20,321 nt of DNA from a virus: UHGV virus genome UHGV-0122335; one strand, given 5' to 3'. The notes under the pieces are model-generated. The model did not search any database. It saw only the letters and a list, made by a program, of their open reading frames with translations, and was not told the origin of the DNA. Each line of letters starts with the position of its first letter. Positions within the stretch are counted from its first letter, which is position 1. The position numbers were made by a program, and so were the translations under genes. This document shows positions 15,486 through 20,321 of the stretch, in pieces.

Positions 15486-16454
15486 TTAGTAGGTTATTTT
15501 TGTTGCGAATACTTCGCCTTTTACGATGGCTGTTATGATATTTTTAGCAACATCTTCTGATGCGCCAACCTTGATAAGGTCAGCAAGTATTTTGTTATTT
15601 ACTTCTTTCCGGTGATCTTTATCCTTTGCTCTACGCTCTTCTTCGTCCTTGATTCTTTTTTCTTCTGCTATTCTGGCTTGCTCTTTTGCTTCAGCATCGC
15701 GACGGATTTGTTCAGCCTCCTCCTGTGCTTTTCTGCGTTCTGCTTCAATTGCTGCCTGCTTTTCTCTTTCAGCTCGTTCTGCTGCCTCTTTTGCTTCGCG
15801 CTGTGCTCGTTGCTCGGCTTCAATGCGTTCACGCTCTGCACGTTCTGCTGCGGCCTTAGCTTCTGCTTCTCGCCTTGCTGCTGCTTCAATTTCGGCTTTT
15901 GCCTTTGCTTCGGCTTCTGCTCTGGCTTTCTCTTCAGCTTCTCTTTTTAATCGTTCTTCATGCTCTCGCTTTTCCTGCTCCGCTTTGAGTCTTGCCTCTT
16001 CTCTTTGGCGGTCAAATTCGCGATCCATCAAAATCGCTATTTCATGGTCAGACTCAATTTGCTTTGCGAGAGCTTCAGCTGCTGCCTTAGCTTCTTCTTC
16101 GGCTTTAATCCGTGCCTGTTCCTCCTCATAATCAGTAAGAGGCTGGCGTGCCTTGGCTTTCAGCTCATCAAGTCGATCACGCACTGTCTTGCGGTTGGCA
16201 TCAATTAGCTTTGGAATTCCCTTCAGTTCAGCAACAAGGTCTTTGCCAAGACCATCGAGATATGTTTTCGTCTGCGCAACTTTATACGCCAGAGAAGCGA
16301 TCTCCTTTCTGCCCTTTGCCGTTGTGATATCAGGCACAAAGGACATAACTTCACGTTCAACCTTTTGGAGAATTTCTTCAATCTGGTCGGCAGACTGAAA
16401 TACAGTCATTGCATTTGCTTTTTCAATAACAACTAAATCTGTTACTTCACTCAT
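15486..16454 (-). CDS. Highly charged coiled-coil protein with E/A/K/R-rich repeats (322 aa from ATG 16454)
   Basis: ORF track 15486..16550; the in-frame ATG at 16454 carries a strong GGAGGATAT RBS; a roughly 120-residue central stretch of EAxAKA/ERxxRE-type repeats (low-complexity DNA); N- and C-terminal regions appear globular. Confidence 0.65.
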   Translation of the reverse strand: MSEVTDLVVIEKANAMTVFQSADQIEEILQKVEREVMSFVPDITTAKGRKEIASLAYKVAQTKTYLDGLGKDLVAELKGIPKLIDANRKTVRDRLDELKAKARQPLTDYEEEQARIKAEEEAKAAAEALAKQIESDHEIAILMDREFDRQREEARLKAEQEKREHEERLKREAEEKARAEAEAKAKAEIEAAARREAEAKAAAERAERERIEAEQRAQREAKEAAERAEREKQAAIEAERRKAQEEAEQIRRDAEAKEQARIAEEKRIKDEEERRAKDKDHRKEVNNKILADLIKVGASEDVAKNIITAIVKGEVFATKITY

Positions 16455-16466
16455 ATATCCTCCATC

Positions 16467-16496
16467 AAAAAAAATTGCCCTCACACTGGAGGGCAA
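16467..16496 (-). terminator. Intrinsic terminator on the minus strand upstream of the coiled-coil gene
   Basis: TTGCCCTC-cagtgt-GAGGGCAA hairpin followed by U8 in the minus-strand transcript. Confidence 0.6.
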
Positions 16497-16588
16497 AGAA
16501 GATTTCCAATAATCAGAACAAGTCGGCTCCTGTTTAGTTACGAGCGACATTGCTCACATAGCAGACTCGTAAATCTGCTATAGGCGCT

Positions 16589-16746
16589 TATTCGCATCGC
16601 ATGACAACATCAAATTTTTCGAGATTACTTTGTCGCAACAATCCTTCTTCTACTCGGTCAGCTTTTCTATAATTATCAAATTCGAAATGTTTAATTACTT
16701 CTTTCGTTTCTCGCTCTATAACTTCAACGATGTATTTCTTATTCAT
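16589..16746 (-). CDS. Small AT-rich hypothetical protein (51 aa)
   Basis: Hand-translated (MNKKYIVEVIERETKEV...); its ATG overlaps the stop of the upstream gene (TAATG). Confidence 0.4.
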
Positions 16747-17015
16747 TACTCATCACCTATGGCTTTTTTGATAGCTTCGCGAGCCTTATTAACAGCTCCA
16801 TACCATTCTGGATATGTTGTCGTTGTTCTATTTTCGGCTTGCTTAAGTAATAGCTGAAGTGCTTCAAGTAAATCCGGTGCAGCCATAGCTAATCTTCCAT
16901 TTGCTACGGCCTCTTCTGTTTCTTTACCGGATAGGGCCATTCCCGGGTGTGAAAATAAAATTAAGCCTGCAAAATTGGCTTCTCGCCAATTTTTCCTAGT
17001 ACCTTTAAATTCCAT
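16746..17015 (-). CDS. Hypothetical protein (89 aa)
   Basis: ORF track; ATG at 17015 with AGAGG RBS. Confidence 0.55.
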   Translation of the reverse strand: MEFKGTRKNWREANFAGLILFSHPGMALSGKETEEAVANGRLAMAAPDLLEALQLLLKQAENRTTTTYPEWYGAVNKAREAIKKAIGDE

Positions 17016-17054
17016 GTTAGCCTCTGTTGTTTATGCCAAAAATAAAGGCCACCA

Positions 17055-17306
17055 TCAGGCAGCCTTTTTGTAAATGTTGCAGGTATCAAGTAAGTAATTA
17101 GATGGAGCGCCATAAATTATGAATTCATCGTTTGTCGGGTCCATCTCCATCTCTTGGCCTATTGCCATTCTTGCGTCAGTGTCATCAGAGGCGAAGCATA
17201 AAACAGCCCACGCACCCATTGTTTTAAAAAGAACTGCAATTGGCTGTGGTTTTACTGAATTTGCGTTAGTGCGAAAATCATAAATCGCACTTTCATGAAA
17301 TTCCAT
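17055..17306 (-). CDS. Hypothetical protein (83 aa)
   Basis: ORF track; ATG at 17306 with GAGGTGAG RBS; first gene after N. Confidence 0.55.
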   Translation of the reverse strand: MEFHESAIYDFRTNANSVKPQPIAVLFKTMGAWAVLCFASDDTDARMAIGQEMEMDPTNDEFIIYGAPSNYLLDTCNIYKKAA

Positions 17307-17314
17307 ATCTCACC

Positions 17315-17647
17315 TCAATCGTAATAAGCTGGAATTGATTTTCCGCGTTGCTTCTGGCGGCCTGAGCAGGTCAAACCCATTTCACTACGTGGCTTGCTGT
17401 ACCATGTGCGCTGATTCTTGCGCTCAATACGTTGCAGGTTGCTTTCAATCTGTTCGTGGTATTCAGCCAGCACTGTAAGGTCTATCGGATTCAGTGCGCT
17501 TTCTACTCGTGATTTCGGTTTGCGATTCAGCGAGAGAATAGGGCGGTTAACTGGTTTTGCGCTTACCCCAACCAACAGGGGATTTGCTGCTTTCCATTGA
17601 GCCTGTTTCTCTGCGCGACGTTCGCGGCGGCGTGTTTGTGCATCCAT
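17315..17647 (-). CDS. N: Antitermination protein N (lambda-type)
   Basis: N-terminus MDAQTRRRERRAEKQAQWKAANPLLVGVS is the lambda N arginine-rich boxB-binding motif and the protein is near-identical to lambda N over most of its length; AGGAG RBS. Confidence 0.9.
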   Translation of the reverse strand: MDAQTRRRERRAEKQAQWKAANPLLVGVSAKPVNRPILSLNRKPKSRVESALNPIDLTVLAEYHEQIESNLQRIERKNQRTWYSKPRSEMGLTCSGRQKQRGKSIPAYYD

Positions 17648-17845
17648 CTGGATTCTCCTGTCAGTTAGCTTTGGTGATTGGATGGCCGGCGCTGAACCCC
17701 GGCTTACTGGTTAGAGCGCCCGCACTACCAGTGACGCTGTCTTGAGGCGCAGATTGGTTACTGCTTGCCATGAGCGCTGTTTATACATTGGTCGAGCATC
17801 AGCCTGCTCATTCATCCAATCCCAAAGCCTTCTGCTTTGAATGCT

Positions 17846-17875
17846 GCCCTTCTTCAGGGCTTAATTTTTAAGAGC
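17846..17875 (-). promoter_or_regulatory. nutL (boxA plus boxB)
   Basis: The minus strand reads GCTCTTAAAAATTAAGCCCTGAAGAAGGGC, one base different from lambda nutL boxA-boxB as recalled; about 200 nt upstream of N. Confidence 0.8.
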
Positions 17876-17915
17876 ATCACCTTCATGGTGGTTAGTACGT
17901 CCTGCTGATGGCTAA

Positions 17916-17944
17916 ATAGTACGATTTGTACTTTATCGAGTCAA
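17916..17944 (-). promoter_or_regulatory. pL promoter (TTGACT, 17-nt spacer, TACTAT) with overlapping operator
   Basis: Minus-strand -35 at 17944..17939 and -10 at 17921..17916 with 17-nt spacing; correct position upstream of nutL and N. Confidence 0.5.
17918..17932. promoter_or_regulatory. Candidate oL operator: palindrome AGTAC-N5-GTACT
   Basis: Perfect 5+5 inverted repeat overlapping the pL -10 and spacer; related sites occur in the oR region. Confidence 0.4.
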
Positions 17945-18010
17945 TACAAAATGTTCTAAATATAATTAGTTTTTTATAACGCTTTGTATTTAATGGGTTT
18001 ATATTTTTGA

Positions 18011-18039
18011 AAAAGAAAACCCGACGCTAAGGTCGGGTT
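18011..18039 (-). terminator. Intrinsic terminator downstream of cI
   Basis: AACCCGAC-cttagc-GTCGGGTT hairpin followed by UUUUCUUUU on the minus strand, 31 nt after the cI stop. Confidence 0.55.
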
Positions 18040-18069
18040 ATTGTTGTGTGTTTTAGAGTGGTGAGGCTG

Positions 18070-18729
18070 TTAACTAAATGTCTCTTCAGGCCACTGGCTG
18101 GCGATAACTTTCCCTACTACGGAACAGCTATCATTGCATGGAATCATTGGATATTGCGGGTTTAGTGGCTGTAGGAACACCTGACCGCTATCCCTGATCA
18201 GTTTCTTGAAGGTAAACTCGTCACCACCAAGTCTGGCTATGCAGAAATCACCTGGCTCAACAGCCTGCTCAGGGTCAACGAGAATTAACATCCCGTCAGG
18301 AAAGCTTGGCTTGGATCCTGTTGGTGCGGTCATTGAGTTACCTTCAACCTCAAGCCAGAATGCAGAGTCACTGGCTTTTTTGGTTGTGCTGACCCATCTC
18401 TCCGCATCACCTTTGGTAAAGGTTCTAAGCTCAGGCGAGAACATCCCGGCCTGAACATGAGAAAAAACAGGGTACTCATATTGTTTTTTAACGGGGGAAG
18501 ATGAGTATTCGCCAACAGGTGAAAATGTACCGTCGTGGTTGAATGAGACGTTATCAATACCAAGGTATTTAAACACCACACCAATCTCGTCAAGAGATGG
18601 ATGACGAGATCCGCGCAACCAGTGACCAATTCCACCCTGCGTCATACCAAGCTCTTCAGCCAACTTCTCTTGAGTTATGCCGAGCTCTTTCATTCTGGAT
18701 CTAGCCAGTTCATACCATTTCATTTTCAT
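18070..18729 (-). CDS. cI: CI repressor: lambda-like C-terminal dimerisation/autocleavage domain fused to a non-lambda HTH DNA-binding domain
   Basis: C-terminal about 130 aa ([22 protein letters not shown]...[14 protein letters not shown]) are essentially lambda cI; N-terminal about 85 aa differ from lambda. Start taken at MKMKW (18729); the track's upstream extension is probably not translated. Confidence 0.85.
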   Translation of the reverse strand: MKMKWYELARSRMKELGITQEKLAEELGMTQGGIGHWLRGSRHPSLDEIGVVFKYLGIDNVSFNHDGTFSPVGEYSSSPVKKQYEYPVFSHVQAGMFSPELRTFTKGDAERWVSTTKKASDSAFWLEVEGNSMTAPTGSKPSFPDGMLILVDPEQAVEPGDFCIARLGGDEFTFKKLIRDSGQVFLQPLNPQYPMIPCNDSCSVVGKVIASQWPEETFS

Positions 18730-18785
18730 GTCCTTATTATTACGCTCTGTACTAAAACCATCCATGCACAAGATGTATTTTTTGT

Positions 18786-18814
18786 TTGCATTCCAAAAGT
18801 ACATATCGTATTAT
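18786..18814 (+). promoter_or_regulatory. pR promoter (TTGCAT, 17-nt spacer, TATTAT)
   Basis: Near-consensus hexamers with 17-nt spacer about 27 nt upstream of the cro ATG. Confidence 0.55.
18798..18812. promoter_or_regulatory. Candidate oR operator AGTAC-N5-GTATT
   Basis: 9/10 match to the oL palindrome; lies in the pR spacer and -10; a weaker third site ATTAC-N5-GTACT lies at 18739..18753. Confidence 0.4.
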
Positions 18815-18840
18815 TGCCTCATGGTTACTATGGAGGGCAT

Positions 18841-19056
18841 ATGAGCAACCTACGTAAATATCGAGAGTCACTGAATATCTCTCAAACAACACTTGCTAAG
18901 GCGGTTGGATGCACACAGGGAGCTATCGGACATTGGGAATCTGGTCGTCGCTTCCCAGACCTTAAAACATGCCGTGCTCTTGTTGAGTGCCTAAACAAGT
19001 TAGGCGCAAAAGTCAGTCTTGATGACGTGTTCCCGCCGGAACACAAAGCCGCTTAA
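18841..19056 (+). CDS. cro: Cro-like HTH repressor (71 aa), non-lambda
   Basis: ATG at 18841 with GGAGGG RBS; HTH motif (ISQTTLAKAVGCTQGAIGHWESG); divergent from cI across the operator region. The longer track ORF 18601..19056 is rejected. Confidence 0.7.
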   Translation: MSNLRKYRESLNISQTTLAKAVGCTQGAIGHWESGRRFPDLKTCRALVECLNKLGAKVSLDDVFPPEHKAA

Positions 19057-19064
19057 GACATTCC

Positions 19065-19096
19065 AGCTCTTACACATCCCAGCCCTGAAAAAGGGC
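19065..19096 (+). promoter_or_regulatory. nutR (boxA AGCTCTTACACAT plus boxB GCCCTGAAAAAGGGC)
   Basis: boxB matches lambda nutR boxB exactly as recalled; boxA is near-identical; lies between cro and cII. Confidence 0.8.
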
Positions 19097-19185
19097 ATCA
19101 AATTAAACCACACCTATGGTGTATGCATTTATTTGCATGCATTCAATCAATTGTTATCTAAGGAAATACTTACATATGGTTCGTG

Positions 19186-19469
19186 CAAACAAACGCAACG
19201 AGGCTCTAAGAATCGAGAGTGCGTTGCTTAACAAAATCGCAATGCTTGGAACTGAGAAGACAGCGGAAGCTGTGGGAGTTGATAAGTCGCAGATCAGCAG
19301 GTGGAAGAGGGACTGGATTCCAAAGTTCTCAATGCTGCTTGCTGTTCTTGAATGGGGCGTCGTTGACGACGACATGGCTCGATTGGCACGACAAGTTGCT
19401 TCGATTCTCACCAATAAAAAACGCCCGGCGGATATTTTCGCTGAGAATCAGTTAACCATGAATTTTTAA
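19186..19469 (+). CDS. cII: Transcriptional activator cII (94 aa), lambda-like with divergent C-terminus
   Basis: MVRANKRNEALRIESALLNKIAMLGTEKTAEAVGVDKSQISRWKRDWIPKFSMLLAVLEWGVVDDDMARLARQV is essentially lambda cII; the last 13 or so residues differ. Confidence 0.85.
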
Positions 19470-19479
19470 GGATGGTCTT

Positions 19480-19908
19480 ATGACTCCGTGTTTGGAATTT
19501 GGCGGTTTAAAGGACAGCAAGGGTTATGGAAGGGTTTGGATTAATGGGAAAAAAGTATTTGCTCATAGATTTGCTTATTGTGTGGCAAAAGGGATCCAGC
19601 TTGAAGATATAGATGGCTTAGTAATTCGTCACGCATGTGACAATCCTTCTTGTATTTTACCTTCTCATTTATGTGCTGGGACAAGTCAGCAAAACGCAAA
19701 TGACATGGTGGAGAGAAAAAGGCAGGCATTTGGAAGCAGGAATGGTAGGGCAAAATTAACTGAAGATGATGTAAGAAACATCATTAGTGAATATATACCA
19801 AGACACCCCTTATTCAACACAAGGGCATTATCAAAAAAATATGGAGTAACGCCAAATTATATAGCTGCCATTTGCAGAGGTGAAAAATGGAAGCACATAA
19901 AAAAATAA
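19480..19908 (+). CDS. HNH homing endonuclease (142 aa), free-standing
   Basis: Cys/His motif region typical of phage HNH endonucleases (HRFAYCVAKG...HACDNPSCILPSHLCAGTSQQNANDM); AAGGA RBS; AT-rich; inserted between cII and the O-like gene. Confidence 0.7.
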   Translation: MTPCLEFGGLKDSKGYGRVWINGKKVFAHRFAYCVAKGIQLEDIDGLVIRHACDNPSCILPSHLCAGTSQQNANDMVERKRQAFGSRNGRAKLTEDDVRNIISEYIPRHPLFNTRALSKKYGVTPNYIAAICRGEKWKHIKK

Positions 19909-19983
19909 AACGCCCGGTGTGCAAGACCGAGCGTTCTGATCAAATACAAATGGAATTTTAACAACATCCAACGAGGTAATTAT

Positions 19984-20256
19984 ATGCGAAACAAAGGCTT
20001 TAATCCACCTGATACACACAAAGAAGCTAAGCGTTTGCGCTTCCTTCGTTCCATTGATGAAAGAACTCAAATCTCTTTTGTGAAAGTTGCCAGAACTGAG
20101 CTTCTGAAGGCTGAGGCGAGGGCGTTGCTCCCGTCTCTACCAAAAGAGGAGGGATATACGTTCATTCCAAACGCATTTCTGGAAAAGCTGATCAAAGAAG
20201 ACATATCCGTAAGTCAGTTTAACGATGTTCTTAAGGTCTTTCGTCAAGGCAGGTAG
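19984..20256 (+). CDS. Hypothetical protein (90 aa), AT-rich
   Basis: ORF track; GAGGT RBS 8 nt upstream; lies between the HNH gene and the O-like gene. Confidence 0.5.
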   Translation: MRNKGFNPPDTHKEAKRLRFLRSIDERTQISFVKVARTELLKAEARALLPSLPKEEGYTFIPNAFLEKLIKEDISVSQFNDVLKVFRQGR

Positions 20257-20258
20257 TT

Positions 20259-20321
20259 ATGAGCAATACAGCAAAAATCTACGATTTCAGCGCCGCACAC
20301 GAGCGCAGGAGCAACAGGATG
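20259..20321 (+). CDS. Replication initiator O-like protein, N-terminal fragment (continues beyond window end)
   Basis: MSNTAKIYDFSAAHERRSNRM resembles the lambda O N-terminus (MTNTAKILNF..., recollection); expected position after cII. Confidence 0.45.
   Translation, partial: MSNTAKIYDFSAAHERRSNRM

Noticed and set aside
15612-16398. Plus-strand ORFs with Cys/Phe/Ser-rich low-complexity translations (15612..15950, 15649..16131, 15960..16208, 16153..16398)
   Set aside because: Antisense and alternate-frame readings of the low-complexity coiled-coil repeat gene on the minus strand; composition artefact.
18730-18804. N-terminal extension of cI ([25 protein letters not shown]...)
   Set aside because: The extension covers the oR/pR operator region; the start at MKMKW matches the expected repressor length and domain boundary.
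18601-19056. 151-aa extended cro ORF
   Set aside because: The upstream extension runs through the cI start and operator region; the ATG at 18841 has a consensus GGAGGG RBS and gives a typical 71-aa Cro.
19116-19185. Upstream extension of cII (MVYAFICMHSINCYLRKYLHM)
   Set aside because: Lambda cII begins MVRANKRNEAL; the extension overlaps nutR/tR1-proximal sequence and is not expected to be translated.
19097-19185. Possible tR1 terminator hairpins (CACC-tat-GGTG; ATGCA-tttattt-TGCAT)
   Set aside because: Short, weak stems; lambda tR1 is rho-dependent and cannot be called reliably from sequence alone.
1-20321. Integrase, excisionase, attachment site, Q antiterminator, lysis cassette, CRISPR array, insertion sequences
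   Set aside because: Looked for but not found: no tyrosine/serine recombinase-sized ORF, no holin/endolysin/Rz candidates, no regularly spaced direct repeats, no terminal inverted repeats flanking a transposase-like ORF. Their absence is part of the architecture finding.

Overview
This window is a mosaic lambdoid (phage lambda-like) prophage or phage segment from an enterobacterium, called by eye from the sequence and ORF track with no database searches. Right part (17.3-20.3 kb): a lambda-type immunity and early region with N and nutL, pL/oL, a hybrid cI (lambda-like C-terminal domain, non-lambda DNA-binding domain), pR/oR, a non-lambda cro, nutR and cII, followed by an AT-rich HNH endonuclease and a 90-aa ORF inserted before an O-like replication gene that runs off the window. 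Middle part (11-17.3 kb, minus strand): pL-operon accessory and recombination genes, including cIII, a kil-like gene, a single-strand annealing recombinase, SSB, an Ea22-like protein, a DUF551-like protein, a 322-aa charged coiled-coil protein and several small ORFs. Left part (1-10.9 kb, minus strand): packaging and morphogenesis genes (terS, terL, portal, scaffold, major capsid, virion/tail proteins). This module is interrupted between terL and portal by a plus-strand island carrying tRNA-Arg(UCU), two intrinsic terminators and an AT-rich 201-aa membrane/coiled-coil moron. The most unusual points are that the early-left operon runs co-directionally straight into terS with no int/xis/att or Q/lysis genes between them, and that the moron island sits inside the structural operon.
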